From: Bdellovibrionales bacterium
GTDB lineage: Bacteria > Bdellovibrionota > Bdellovibrionia > Bdellovibrionales > UBA1609
Direction: 5' to 3'
Length of the DNA: 58,098 bases
NCBI GenBank assembly: GCA_050633065.1
Contig: JBOEFV010000036.1
Coordinates: forward strand, 1 to 58,098
Shown: piece by piece, positions 46,630-56,997 of the stretch
Position numbering within the stretch: the first letter of the stretch is position 1
How the letters are laid out: each line of letters starts with the position of its first letter
Program-made: the position numbers and the translations under genes
The notes under the pieces: model-generated
The model's database searches: none
What the model saw: only the letters and a program-made list of their open reading frames with translations
Told to the model about the DNA's origin: nothing

Positions 46630-47499
46630 ATGAAGCACTTACTTTACCCTTTCATCTTATTTTTCCTATCTTGCAGTCCTAATCAAAAAGAAGATTCTTA
46701 CATCGTTAAGTACGGGCCTAAAGAGGTTCACAGCGCTGAATTTATAAACACTTTAATGATTTTAGGATTCACGAAACACGGAAAAGCTTTTTACTCTAAG
46801 GTCTATGATTCTTCTTTTTTTGAACAAATGAGAACCGAAACTCTAGAACACATTATAAACAAAATGTTCTACAGCTCCTTGTCCCAAAAATATAAAATTA
46901 AAATCACTGATGCTGAATTAGAGGCTTGGATCAAAGAGCGCACTCCTGACTTAGCAAAAGAGGATCTCTTATACACACTAAAAGCTAATAACTTCACCTA
47001 TAGCGACTGGAAGGGGCTTTTTCGTGATCAACTGATTCAAAGTCGTATTATTCAACAGCTAAATGAAGTTACTCCAACTCCTCCCTCCAAAGTGAAAAAG
47101 TCTAACGATGATGCCTTATACCTCGCCATCATTTCTTTTGAGGATCAGCTTGAAGCTAAAGAGCAGCACAAAAAAATCGCTCGAAATAAAGTTAATTTTG
47201 ATGATGTTTTAAAGAGAGAAAACCAGACACGTCTTTATTCATGGGTTCGCACAAAAGATTTGCCTTTTTATGATAAAATTAAGTACCTCCCCTTAAGAAA
47301 ATCATCAAAACCCATAGAAACCTCTTGGGGCTACGCTCTGGTGAGAATTCAAAAACGTGGCAAATTCCCTCTCCCCAATAAGGATGTCGCAGAGGGTCAG
47401 ACCTCTTCATCTATTAAGCCTCTTTTAGAGGAGTTTAAAAAAAGCCCTAAACTGCATATCAATACCGAACTTCTATACAGCTTGAAAATCAAAAAATAG
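46630..47499 (+). CDS. SurA/PpiD-like lipoprotein with a degenerate parvulin domain
   Basis: 289 aa. Lipobox FFLSC. A SurA-N-like helical region. A parvulin-like tail (ALYLAIISF ... TSWGYALVRIQKR) lacks the conserved His. Confidence 0.45.
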   Translation: MKHLLYPFILFFLSCSPNQKEDSYIVKYGPKEVHSAEFINTLMILGFTKHGKAFYSKVYDSSFFEQMRTETLEHIINKMFYSSLSQKYKIKITDAELEAWIKERTPDLAKEDLLYTLKANNFTYSDWKGLFRDQLIQSRIIQQLNEVTPTPPSKVKKSNDDALYLAIISFEDQLEAKEQHKKIARNKVNFDDVLKRENQTRLYSWVRTKDLPFYDKIKYLPLRKSSKPIETSWGYALVRIQKRGKFPLPNKDVAEGQTSSSIKPLLEEFKKSPKLHINTELLYSLKIKK

Positions 47500-47527
47500 A
47501 GTTTTATACCTTTATTGAGGTGTTTTT

Positions 47528-48457
47528 ATGCAATTAAAACTTCAAATATTTGTTCTTCTTTTTTCTTTAAGCTCTGTAGCTCAAGCGAAAGTTGTTGAAA
47601 GTGTTCTCGCTGTTGTTGAAGGACAAATGATACTCAAATCGGATGTAAGGTCTTTTCAAAAAAGACTAAAACGTAAAAATCTAGTGAACGAAAATTTAAT
47701 CTCTTTTCTAGATCTCAAAACAAATTCTAAGTCTGAAAAAGAAATTTTAAATTATTTAATAGCAAAAAAAATCATTACAGTTTTTGCCAAAAAAGATCTT
47801 AATATTTCAACGTTAGATGATCTTATTTCTAAAGAACTTTCTGGCCTTGCACAACAAAACCAAATTTCAGTAAAACAGCTTAAAAAAGAAATCACCTCAA
47901 GAGGAATTAACTTTAGTGAGTATAAAAAATTTATAGGCGAGTCTTCTCTTATCCGTTCAGCTCTTGAAAAGAATGTTGTTTCACAAGTTAGACCAACTGA
48001 AGAAGACTTTGTCAGTTACTTAAAGCAAAACGGAGTTTCTGGTATTGTTCCAAGTTATTCTTACAATCTGGATCAACTCTTCATTCCCAAAAGTACACCT
48101 AAAGCACTTGAGTTAGCGAAAAGCATTACTAAAGAGAATTTTAAAGACCTTTTCTCATCAGCAAAAGAAAACAAAATGGAAAGCCTACACTTAGGATCTT
48201 TAAAAAGTGCTGATCTTTCAAAAGCTCACTCAAAAGCTGTTTCTTCTACTCAACAAAATCACGTAAGTTCTATTTTAACTGAATCAAAAGGCTACCGAGT
48301 ATTTTATATGAACTCTAAGCGTGGAAACTTTAATATTCCAAACACTGCAAAGGTACGTTCTCTACAAAAGCAGTACTATGATACAAAAATTAAAACTCAG
48401 TTTGAATCTTGGCTTAGTGAGATTAAACCTCAGTTTTTTGTTCGTATAAATGACTAA
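47528..48457 (+). CDS. SurA-like periplasmic chaperone (degenerate parvulin domain)
   Basis: 309 aa with a signal peptide. SurA N-terminal block VVESVLAVVEGQMILKSDV. Degenerate PPIase tail ESKGYRVFYMNSKR. Position is immediately upstream of pdxA, as in E. coli. Confidence 0.55.
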   Translation: MQLKLQIFVLLFSLSSVAQAKVVESVLAVVEGQMILKSDVRSFQKRLKRKNLVNENLISFLDLKTNSKSEKEILNYLIAKKIITVFAKKDLNISTLDDLISKELSGLAQQNQISVKQLKKEITSRGINFSEYKKFIGESSLIRSALEKNVVSQVRPTEEDFVSYLKQNGVSGIVPSYSYNLDQLFIPKSTPKALELAKSITKENFKDLFSSAKENKMESLHLGSLKSADLSKAHSKAVSSTQQNHVSSILTESKGYRVFYMNSKRGNFNIPNTAKVRSLQKQYYDTKIKTQFESWLSEIKPQFFVRIND

Positions 48458-49358
48458 AACTTATTTAATAACTCCAGGGGAATTAAACAGCGTTGGCCTT
48501 GAGGTTACACTTAAAGCTCTTTCCTCTGTAGAGATTAAAGACTCTTATATTTTTTATACTCAAGAAAATCAGCTTCAGGAGCACGTTCAAGGCCTTACTC
48601 TAAACATTAACCCTGTTGAAATACCCGAAGTCCAGATTGGCCTTAAACCTGGTATTTACTATATAGAGTCAAAGAAAGAACCTGTTGATTGGTTTAAAGA
48701 AGCTTGTGTTTTTTGTGCACATCACTTTAAAGAAGCCGCTTTGATCACTGGCCCTTTAATAAAATCTTCTTTTAAAGACTCAAAAATACTTGGACACACT
48801 GAGTACTTAAGGTCTTTGTATAAAAACTCAAATCTTTTTATGACTTTTTTTGGAAAAACCTATAACTGCCTTCTTTTAAATGACCATATTCCTTTAAGTG
48901 AGGTTTCATCTTCCCTTTCTACAGAGAAAATAGACGATGCTTTAAAGCTTCTCACTCCTTTCTCAAACGTAAAGAAGAATGCACTACTAGGGCTTAACCC
49001 TCATGCAGGTGAAGATGGTCTATTAGGAGATGAAGAACTTAAAATTCATAACTCTGTCTGCTCTGCTAATGACTTTCTTGATGGCCCTTTATCCCCTGAC
49101 GGCTTTTTCTCTAAAGAAATTTATGAAAAATATAATTTTATAATTGCCAATTATCACGATCAAGGCTTAATCCCTTTTAAACTTATAAATGGTTTTAATG
49201 CCTCTCAAGCTACTTTAGGCCTTCCTTTCGTGCGCACCAGTGTTGATCACGGAACCAGCGAGACCCTTTATATGAAATTTAAAGCCAACCCAGATTCTAT
49301 GATTCACGCAATCAAATTAGCTCAAGACCTTTTATCAAAAAAATCTATGGAGAAATGA
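48450..49358 (+). CDS. pdxA: 4-hydroxythreonine-4-phosphate dehydrogenase
   Basis: 302 aa. GHTEYL, LNPHAGEDGLLGDEE, YHDQGLIPFK and VRTSVDHGT blocks. Confidence 0.85.
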   Translation: MTKTYLITPGELNSVGLEVTLKALSSVEIKDSYIFYTQENQLQEHVQGLTLNINPVEIPEVQIGLKPGIYYIESKKEPVDWFKEACVFCAHHFKEAALITGPLIKSSFKDSKILGHTEYLRSLYKNSNLFMTFFGKTYNCLLLNDHIPLSEVSSSLSTEKIDDALKLLTPFSNVKKNALLGLNPHAGEDGLLGDEELKIHNSVCSANDFLDGPLSPDGFFSKEIYEKYNFIIANYHDQGLIPFKLINGFNASQATLGLPFVRTSVDHGTSETLYMKFKANPDSMIHAIKLAQDLLSKKSMEK

Positions 49359-49359
49359 T

Positions 49360-50730
49360 ATGACTAAATCAAACTGTAAATATAATAGCGAAATTTTTAG
49401 AGAATATGATATTAGAGGAAAATACCAAACAGATTTTGATGAAAGCTTTGCTTACGCTCTTGGAAAAGGTTTTGTTCAATTCTGTAAAGACCAAACTAAA
49501 ACCTCTGACATTAAATTAGCTTTGGGCCGTGATGCCCGACATTCAAGTCTTCCTCTTTTAAATGCTATGGCAAAAGGTATGAGTGACGCTGGAGCTGATG
49601 TTTTGGACCTGGGTTTAATCACCTCTCCGGTATGCTATTTCTCTTGTTACCAAGTAGATGGCCTAACAGGATCTATTATGATTACAGGAAGCCATAACCC
49701 ACCTGAGTACAATGGTTTTAAAATCTCTTTACGTGAGGGCACTCTAACCTCTGATAAAATTAAGTCTCTTGAAAAATATGTTCTTGGTATTGATGAGTCT
49801 GCATTAGGTGGCTCTATTCAAACATATGACATTATAACTCCCTATATTGCTCGCATATCAGAAGAGTTTAACTTAAAAGATATTCCTTTTGTTGTGGACT
49901 GTGGAAATGGAGCAGCAGGCTCTGTAGCTAGAAAAGTCTATGAAGCAGCGGGCCTTTCTCCTGAAATTCTTTTTGAAAAGCCTGATGGAGATTTTCCAAA
50001 CCATCACCCTGATCCAACCCTAGAAGAAAATTTAGTAGATCTTAAGAAAGCAGTTTTAGAGTCTAAATCTGCTTTTGGTGTAGGGTATGATGGAGATGCT
50101 GACAGGATCGTTATTGTAACAGAGACCGGAAAAACTGTTTACGCTGATGAGCTTATGTCCATTTATGCAAAATCTGTTCTTGCTGACCATCCAGGGGCTG
50201 AAATTGTTGCAGACGTTAAATGTTCTCAAGAGTATTTTAAGCTTTTAGAAAAATGGGGTGCTAAGCCTATTATGTGGATGACTGGGCACTCCCTTATTAA
50301 ACAAAAAGTAAAAGAGTTAAAGTCTCCTTTTGGAGGAGAGTTTAGTGGACATATCTTTTTTGCCGATCGTTTTTATGGTTTTGATGATGCTCTTTATTGT
50401 AGTCTTCGACTTGTTGAAATTTTAGAAAAAAGTGGGGCTACAGTCTCTGACTTACTTTCAGAGTTTCCCACAACTTTTTCCACTGCTGAGCTTCGCATTG
50501 AAGTTGGTGAAAAAGAAAAGTATGAGCTTGTTGAAAAATACCGTAATGCCATTAAAGACAAGTGTGTGTCTCTAAATGAGATTGACGGTGTTCGTGCTCA
50601 TTTTGAAGATGGCTGGGCCTTGGTTCGTGTTTCAAATACACAGCCTTCTGTAACTTTGCGATTTGAAGCACAGTCTGAACAGAATTTAAACGAAATTAAG
50701 AATCAAGCCTTTTCAATATTAGGCCTTTAG
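49360..50730 (+). CDS. Phosphomannomutase/phosphoglucomutase
   Basis: 456 aa. Phosphoserine loop TGSHNPPEYNGFK. Metal loop GYDGDADR. GEFSGH block. Confidence 0.85.
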   Translation: MTKSNCKYNSEIFREYDIRGKYQTDFDESFAYALGKGFVQFCKDQTKTSDIKLALGRDARHSSLPLLNAMAKGMSDAGADVLDLGLITSPVCYFSCYQVDGLTGSIMITGSHNPPEYNGFKISLREGTLTSDKIKSLEKYVLGIDESALGGSIQTYDIITPYIARISEEFNLKDIPFVVDCGNGAAGSVARKVYEAAGLSPEILFEKPDGDFPNHHPDPTLEENLVDLKKAVLESKSAFGVGYDGDADRIVIVTETGKTVYADELMSIYAKSVLADHPGAEIVADVKCSQEYFKLLEKWGAKPIMWMTGHSLIKQKVKELKSPFGGEFSGHIFFADRFYGFDDALYCSLRLVEILEKSGATVSDLLSEFPTTFSTAELRIEVGEKEKYELVEKYRNAIKDKCVSLNEIDGVRAHFEDGWALVRVSNTQPSVTLRFEAQSEQNLNEIKNQAFSILGL

Positions 50731-50805
50731 TTCTTATTTCTTTTTTTAAAGGTTAATCCGTCTCTTTAGATACTTTTCTGCAGGTCTTTCTCCCGAAAAG
50801 CCTGT

Positions 50806-52335
50806 GTGCCTTATTTTATCAGTATTTTAGCCTTTTTCATGTTTTCAACAGCCTATGCTTCTTGTTTAGAAGAAAACATAATCAAAAACGAATTTTTAGT
50901 GGTTACTTCTAAAGATGTCTCCACAAACTTTTCCACAAAAACTGGATTTGATGTTTCTTCTATTAAAAGAATATCAAGTTCAAAAAGAAATCTCACAGCT
51001 TCAAAGGCTGGAGCCCAAAATTCTTTTAATACATATTTAGTCTCTGCAAACTCTTTGTCTGAAGTTCAAGAAAGATTTCCAAACTCAAGGGTTCAATCAA
51101 ATTGCAAGGTTCAATTCTTTCAAAGTTCTATAGGGTCAGATCCTTTATCAAGCTTTCAAAACTGGTATTTTAACAGCTTAAACCAAAGCCCTTCACTGTC
51201 ACTCACACCATTAAGAGAGGTCGTTGTCGCAGTTTCTGACACAGGTGTTGATACTGATCACATCGATCTTCAAGGAAATCTTTGGACAAATTTAGCTGAG
51301 TTAAATGGTTCTCCTGGCGTTGATGATGATCAAAACGGTTATATAGATGATGTCCACGGTTATGACTTTGGTGATAACGATTCAAATCCAAAACCCAGCT
51401 TCAGTGACTCTGCAATAGACTATGACCATGGAACTCATGTTGCTGGCCTTATTGCAGCACGATCATTTAACAATGAAGGTGCTTCTGGTGTTTCTTTAAA
51501 CTCTGTTAAAGTCATGGCTTTAAAAGGATTTAAATCTAATGCCCCAGCTACAATTTCAGATCTTTTAGAAACAATTTATTATGCAGTTGATAATGGTGCA
51601 GATGTTATTAACGCAAGCTGGGGAACTGAGAAACTTCCAGAAGCAGCAGAGATTGCAGCTGTAAATTATGCCATTCAAAACGGAGTTATCATTGTTGCAG
51701 CAGCCGGAAATGACCGCATCCCTGCTTCATGGCTTGTTCCTGCAGGAATTAAAAACGTTGTCACTGTTGCCTCTGTTAACTCTTCAAACGAGCTATCTAC
51801 CTTTTCAAACTATGGCGACTCTGTTGATTTTATTTCTCCAGGAGGGGATGGGAGTGAGCGTTCATCTGAATCCTTATTAAATCTTGGTCTTGGTTCAAAT
51901 TACATTGAACTTCGAGGAACTAGCATGGCAGCCCCTTTAGTTGCAGGCCTTATTGGAGCCTTGATGTCACAAAGCACTTCTATAACCTCTTTTCAGGCTG
52001 TTCATATTTTAAAAGAGTCGGGAAATAAATTCACTTTAAAACCTTATTTGCAATCAAATAACTCTAAAGAGTATCTAAAGCCAAATTTTTTAAATGCCCT
52101 TACATATTTAAGTGGAAATCAAAACATTCCAGATATTCAACCTGAGCTTGAAGATGTGAGCAGTTACTCTAGAGACCTTGCAAGTACTTCTGGTAGCAGT
52201 GGAGGTTGTTCAAATTCTCTATCTGGTCAATCTTATGAGGGGAATTCTTCTTTTGAAGGCGGTATGCCTTTAATTAGTATTTTCTTTTTCTTAATGCCCA
52301 TCTTAACTCTTTTAGGCATAAAAAAAGGGCTCTAA
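50806..52335 (+). CDS. Secreted subtilisin-family (S8) serine protease with a C-terminal hydrophobic tail
   Basis: 509 aa. GTG start with a signal peptide. Catalytic triad blocks VAVSDTGVD, HGTHVAG and GTSMAAP. Tail EGGMPLISIFFFLMPILTLLGIKKGL. Confidence 0.85.
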   Translation: MPYFISILAFFMFSTAYASCLEENIIKNEFLVVTSKDVSTNFSTKTGFDVSSIKRISSSKRNLTASKAGAQNSFNTYLVSANSLSEVQERFPNSRVQSNCKVQFFQSSIGSDPLSSFQNWYFNSLNQSPSLSLTPLREVVVAVSDTGVDTDHIDLQGNLWTNLAELNGSPGVDDDQNGYIDDVHGYDFGDNDSNPKPSFSDSAIDYDHGTHVAGLIAARSFNNEGASGVSLNSVKVMALKGFKSNAPATISDLLETIYYAVDNGADVINASWGTEKLPEAAEIAAVNYAIQNGVIIVAAAGNDRIPASWLVPAGIKNVVTVASVNSSNELSTFSNYGDSVDFISPGGDGSERSSESLLNLGLGSNYIELRGTSMAAPLVAGLIGALMSQSTSITSFQAVHILKESGNKFTLKPYLQSNNSKEYLKPNFLNALTYLSGNQNIPDIQPELEDVSSYSRDLASTSGSSGGCSNSLSGQSYEGNSSFEGGMPLISIFFFLMPILTLLGIKKGL

Positions 52336-52345
52336 AAGAACCCTT
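52320..52345 (-). terminator. Rho-independent terminator of atpE (overlaps the protease 3' end)
   Basis: Minus strand reads AAGGGUUCU-UUU-AGAGCCCUU followed by UUUUUUU. On the plus strand this is the hairpin at 52325-52345 and the A-run at 52320-52326. Confidence 0.65.
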
Positions 52346-52370
52346 CTTACTTCATTCTGGTAAATGAATA

Positions 52371-52682
52371 TTAACCAAGTAGGTTAAACGCAATTACTAG
52401 CATGTAGATTACAAGTGATTCGATAAGAACCAAACCGATAATCATTGGAACAAACATTTTTTCTTGAGCTGTAGGGTTTCTTGCGATTCCTTCCATTGCT
52501 GCTGCACAAATTTTACCTTGTGAAAGTGCTCCACCAACAACAGCTAAACTTAAACCAAATCCTGCTGCTATTGCTCCGTAACCAGCTCCACCAGTTGTAG
52601 CTGCTGCAGTTTCTGCAAAAGCTAGTGCGCTTGGTAAAATCACTGCTGAAATAATTCCTAATGCTCTTAACATTCCTCTCAT
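52371..52682 (-). CDS. atpE: F0F1 ATP synthase subunit c with an N-terminal signal-like extension
   Basis: 103 aa. Hairpin motifs GALSQGKICAAAMEGIARNP and the carboxylate helix MIIGLVLIESLVIYMLV. Confidence 0.85.
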   Translation of the reverse strand: MRGMLRALGIISAVILPSALAFAETAAATTGGAGYGAIAAGFGLSLAVVGGALSQGKICAAAMEGIARNPTAQEKMFVPMIIGLVLIESLVIYMLVIAFNLLG

Positions 52683-52729
52683 CGTTGTTCTCCTTTTATA
52701 TTTATTATTTAATTAATTGTTAATATTGT

Positions 52730-53419
52730 TTAATGATCGTGGGACATGGACATAGACACATAAATCATAGAAAGCATTGTAAATACAAACGCCTGCATGA
52801 AACATACGAAAAATCCTAAAGAATAAAAAATCACTGCTCCCGGTACTGGAAGCAATTCAGTAAAAATACCAAGAACCATATGGTCACCCATCATGTTACC
52901 TTGTAGTCTCAGCCCTAAACTCACAGGACGAGCAATATGTGATATGATTTCAATTGGCAGCATCAATGGAGCCATTAAAAGAACAGGTCCTAAGAAATGC
53001 TTCAGGTAAGCAACACCGTGCTCAATAAATCCAAAGATATTATAAACAAGAAAACTGAAAATTCCTACAGCAACACCCGTATTGATGTTCTCTGTTGCAG
53101 GAGTCATTCCTGGCATCAAACCAACTAAATTATTAAAAAATAGAAAAAAGAAAAGTGAAGCAAATAAAGGCGCCATTTTTCTTCCGTTGTCGCCCATCAC
53201 GGTTGCCCCAAGGCCTCTTATGAATTCAATCATTTGTTCAAAGATTCCTCTTACAGAAACCTTTCCAGCAGGTATAACAGCTGTTTCACCGCTTCCTAGT
53301 GCAATACGACCTACAAGGCTAAAAACAATTATGGTCGCCGTGGCAGCAACTGCTGTAGCTACATGAGAATTGTCATGAGTGATTCCTGGTAATAACTCTG
53401 TCCAATTAAAATTTGCCAT
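52730..53419 (-). CDS. atpB: F0F1 ATP synthase subunit a
   Basis: 229 aa. Essential-Arg helix ISHIARPVSLGLRLQGNMMGDH. Confidence 0.85.
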   Translation of the reverse strand: MANFNWTELLPGITHDNSHVATAVAATATIIVFSLVGRIALGSGETAVIPAGKVSVRGIFEQMIEFIRGLGATVMGDNGRKMAPLFASLFFFLFFNNLVGLMPGMTPATENINTGVAVGIFSFLVYNIFGFIEHGVAYLKHFLGPVLLMAPLMLPIEIISHIARPVSLGLRLQGNMMGDHMVLGIFTELLPVPGAVIFYSLGFFVCFMQAFVFTMLSMIYVSMSMSHDH

Positions 53420-53693
53420 CGTCTATTCTTTCACTACCTTTAGCTAAAAATCTGTAACAGTAGAATCCTATCATTACAGTCATACTCATCAAAAAACCTA
53501 TAAAGAGTTTTATGCCGCTTAATCTATATTTGTATATAGAAATGTAAAGCACAAACATCATTAATAACTCACTTAGTACAATAATGGCGACGGAAAAGGC
53601 AACCTGTTTTTTGCTAAGAAGCACTGAAACTAAGGCTCTTTTCGCAACAAAAAGAAGTAGAAAGATTACTATTCCTGCAAACAAATCAAGCAT
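53406..53693 (-). CDS. Small membrane protein in the AtpI/AtpZ position
   Basis: 95 aa with 3 hydrophobic helices. 14-nt overlap with the atpB start. Assignment is by position only. Confidence 0.4.
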   Translation of the reverse strand: MLDLFAGIVIFLLLFVAKRALVSVLLSKKQVAFSVAIIVLSELLMMFVLYISIYKYRLSGIKLFIGFLMSMTVMIGFYCYRFLAKGSERIDDGKF

Positions 53694-54494
53694 TTATCTT
53701 CTCAGCCTTCCTTTTCCGCCTGGCTGCTGAGCCATTCGCTTAGTAAGCTCCTCAATTCTCCAGCTTAATAGAGGGTCTTTCCCCTCATCTTCAGCTGAAT
53801 AGAGCTTAAGCTGGGCAATAGCCTCTTTATATTTCTTCTGCCCTTCTAGAGTTAAAGCGAGCTGCGTCCTAATCTTCCATTTTTTAGATAGATTCGGATA
53901 TCTATTAAGTAGCCTTGTATACTCTTTTTCTGCAAGCTCTGCCTTCTTAAAGTCTGTATAAGTTCTGGCTTTTAAAACCTGAATTCTAAATCTTTCCGAT
54001 GGTGAAAGGTCTTTTCTATTTAAAAACCCGTTGGTTTCAATCAAAGCCTGCTCATAGTTCTTATTGTTAATATGAGCAATTAAAACTGATTTAAAGTATT
54101 GCTCTCTTTCTTCTTCATTTAAAAGGTCTACCTTCACCTTCTCTAAAAAGTTTAGAGCTCCTACATTGTCCTTGTAATTTTGGATTAAGAGCTTTGCAAT
54201 AATCAGAATTGTTTTATTCTTCTCACTTTCACTCTCTAAATAAATAAGTTTTTTTTGAAGGATCGCTTTATAGTAGTCCGCCTTTTTGACCTTCTCTTTT
54301 ACAATATTTTCTATTGTAGAAATGTATTTAAGCTTCTCTTTAGGATTCATCTCATCATTTAAAGCCTTATCTAAGATCTTTAACGCTTTTTGAGGTTCCT
54401 TCTTTGATAATTTGTTCGCTGAATTTATTATCCGACTGCTCTTATCAGAGCAGCCTATTGTTAAAAAACATAAGAGAAGAAGAGATTTTTTCAA
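53694..54494 (-). CDS. TPR-like repeat lipoprotein
   Basis: 266 aa. Lipobox FLTIGC. Repeated about 34-aa helical units (..YEQALIETNGFL.., ..AEKEYTRLLNRYP.., ..YKEAIAQLKLY..). Confidence 0.55.
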   Translation of the reverse strand: MKKSLLLLCFLTIGCSDKSSRIINSANKLSKKEPQKALKILDKALNDEMNPKEKLKYISTIENIVKEKVKKADYYKAILQKKLIYLESESEKNKTILIIAKLLIQNYKDNVGALNFLEKVKVDLLNEEEREQYFKSVLIAHINNKNYEQALIETNGFLNRKDLSPSERFRIQVLKARTYTDFKKAELAEKEYTRLLNRYPNLSKKWKIRTQLALTLEGQKKYKEAIAQLKLYSAEDEGKDPLLSWRIEELTKRMAQQPGGKGRLRR

Positions 54495-54503
54495 AACTTC
54501 CTC

Positions 54504-56996
54504 TTATTTTTCTTCTTCAGTCGACTCAACTTCTTCTTCAGGTAAAATTGTCATTCCTGTCACTGTTTCACCAGAGTTCAAGTTAATGATTTTTAACCCT
54601 TGAGTTGAACGCCCGTAAATTGAAATATCAGAAGCTTTAACTCTAATAGCCTGACCTTTGTTAGTTGTAATAATAACCTGATCCGTATTTTGAACCATTG
54701 CCGCTTTTACAACTTTTCCAACTTTGTCAGTGATTTTTTGTGTGATAAGTCCAACTCCGCCCCTAGACTGTGTTCTATAATCTTCAAGAGATGTTCTCTT
54801 ACCAAAACCATTATCTGTGATGATCAACATGTTTAAGTCTTTACTGTCTGCTGATGCAATTGCTGCTCCAACAACCTCATCACCTTCAGAAAGGTTGATC
54901 CCTTTAACACCGCGAGCTGTTCTACCCATTGATCTAATTTGTTTTTCATCAAACCTAATAGACATTCCGTTTCTTGTAATTAAGAAAACATCGTCTTCAC
55001 CTGTTGTAAGCCTAACGTTTACTAAAGAATCTTCTTCATCCGTATTTGCTGCAATCAAACCGCTTGTTCTAGGTTTTGAGAAGTTATCAAGATTTGTTCT
55101 TTTAACGATACCATTTTTCGTAACAAATAAAACTTCACCTTCTTGATTTTTAAAGTCGGTGATTGCCATGATTGTTGTAACTTGCTCTTCACCTGAAAGC
55201 TGCACAACATTCTTAATAGACTTACCCTTACTTGTTCTAGAACCCTTTGGAAGAGCATGAACACGCGACCAATAAACTTTCCCTTTATCTGAAAACACTA
55301 ATAATGTTGAAAGTGTTCCGGTATGCACAATGTCTCTGATGAAATCCTCTTCAACACTTGCAGCACCTTTAACGCCTTTTCCACCACGCTTTTGAACCCT
55401 GTACTCATCAATATCAATACGCTTAATTTTATCTGAAGCTGTTAACGTTACTAAGACTTCTTCATTTGAAACTAGGTCTTCAAATTCAAAATCATCTTGA
55501 GCATCTTCAATTTCAGTTCTTCTCTTATTGCCAAATTTTTCTTTAATAAAAGTAAGCTCTTCAGAAATTATGTTTAAAACTTCTTGAATGTCTGAAAGAA
55601 CTTTCTTTAACCATTCAATTGTTTTCTTAACTTCAGCAAGCTCTTTTTCAATCTTATCTTTTTCTAAGCCTGTTAGTCTTTGAAGTCTCATGTCTAAGAT
55701 TGCTTGTGCCTGTCTCTTAGAGAATGAGAATGTTGTCATTAACCCCATTAAAGCATCACTTGCTTCTTGAGATCCTCTAATGATTTTAATCACTTCATCA
55801 ATATGATCTAAAGCTTTACTTAAACCAAATAAGATATGCTCTCTATCTTCCGCTTTCTTTAAGTCAAAAAGACAACGTCTGATAACAACATCTTTTCTAT
55901 GCTCAATAAATGAAGCAAGAACTTCTCTAATGTTGAATAGATGTGGTTTGTTTTTTCCATCAAGAGCTAAAAGATTTATACCAAAATTTGTTTGAAGCTG
56001 AGTCATTTTAAACAGTTGATTTAAAAGAACCTGTCCATTTGTATCTCGCTTAGTTTTAATAACTACTCTGATACCTTCTCTACTTGATTCATCTTTAATA
56101 TCTGAAATGCCTTCAATTCTTTTATCACGAACAAGTTGAGCAATGCTTTCAATAAGCTTTGCCTTATTAACTTGATAAGGAAGCTCTGTAACAATGATTT
56201 CAGATCTGTTCTTTTTAGTGTCTTCAACAATCTCTGTTACGGCTTTAATTTTGATACTGCCCTTACCTGTACGGTAAGCACTCATAATCCCTGCACGCCC
56301 TGTGATCATTGCTCCTGTTGGAAAGTCTGGGCCTGGAATAAGTTTTATCAAATCATCAATGCTTGCTTCAGGATTTTCAATAAGGTGTAAACAACCATCA
56401 CAAACCTCTACTAAGTTATGTGGAGGAATGTTTGTTGCCATACCAACTGCAATACCAGAGCTTCCGTTTACTAAAAGGTTTGGAAATTTTGCAGGAAGAA
56501 TTAATGGAATCTGTAATGAATCATCATAGTTTGGCCCAAAATCAACAGTCTCTTTACCAATATCTTCTAACAAAGCTTCAGCAAGCCTTGTCATTCTCAC
56601 CTCTGTATACCTCTGGGCTGCTGGGCTATCACCATCAATTGAACCAAAGTTTCCTTGTCCATCCACTAAAGGTTCTCTTAAAGAAAACTCCTGAGCCATA
56701 CGAACCATTGAATCATATACAGCTGTATCACCATGTGGGTGATATTTACCAATTACATCACCCACCACACGAGCAGATTTTTTATATGGTTTATCATGAT
56801 AGTTACTAAGGTCGTTCATTGCGTAAAGAATTCTTCTATGAACAGGTTTTAAACCGTCTCTTACGTCTGGTAGAGCTCTACCAACAATTACACTCATTGA
56901 GTATTGAAGGTATGCCTCGCGCATCTCCTCGTTAATATCAATTTGTGATACACCTTTTTCTGTATTGATGTTGTTTGTGCCTTCGTTGTTTTCCAT
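54504..56996 (-). CDS. gyrA: DNA gyrase subunit A
   Basis: 830 aa. [27 protein letters not shown], active-site Tyr block [10 protein letters not shown], and C-terminal beta-pinwheel repeats. Confidence 0.95.
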   Translation of the reverse strand: MENNEGTNNINTEKGVSQIDINEEMREAYLQYSMSVIVGRALPDVRDGLKPVHRRILYAMNDLSNYHDKPYKKSARVVGDVIGKYHPHGDTAVYDSMVRMAQEFSLREPLVDGQGNFGSIDGDSPAAQRYTEVRMTRLAEALLEDIGKETVDFGPNYDDSLQIPLILPAKFPNLLVNGSSGIAVGMATNIPPHNLVEVCDGCLHLIENPEASIDDLIKLIPGPDFPTGAMITGRAGIMSAYRTGKGSIKIKAVTEIVEDTKKNRSEIIVTELPYQVNKAKLIESIAQLVRDKRIEGISDIKDESSREGIRVVIKTKRDTNGQVLLNQLFKMTQLQTNFGINLLALDGKNKPHLFNIREVLASFIEHRKDVVIRRCLFDLKKAEDREHILFGLSKALDHIDEVIKIIRGSQEASDALMGLMTTFSFSKRQAQAILDMRLQRLTGLEKDKIEKELAEVKKTIEWLKKVLSDIQEVLNIISEELTFIKEKFGNKRRTEIEDAQDDFEFEDLVSNEEVLVTLTASDKIKRIDIDEYRVQKRGGKGVKGAASVEEDFIRDIVHTGTLSTLLVFSDKGKVYWSRVHALPKGSRTSKGKSIKNVVQLSGEEQVTTIMAITDFKNQEGEVLFVTKNGIVKRTNLDNFSKPRTSGLIAANTDEEDSLVNVRLTTGEDDVFLITRNGMSIRFDEKQIRSMGRTARGVKGINLSEGDEVVGAAIASADSKDLNMLIITDNGFGKRTSLEDYRTQSRGGVGLITQKITDKVGKVVKAAMVQNTDQVIITTNKGQAIRVKASDISIYGRSTQGLKIINLNSGETVTGMTILPEEEVESTEEEK

Positions 56997-56997
56997 A

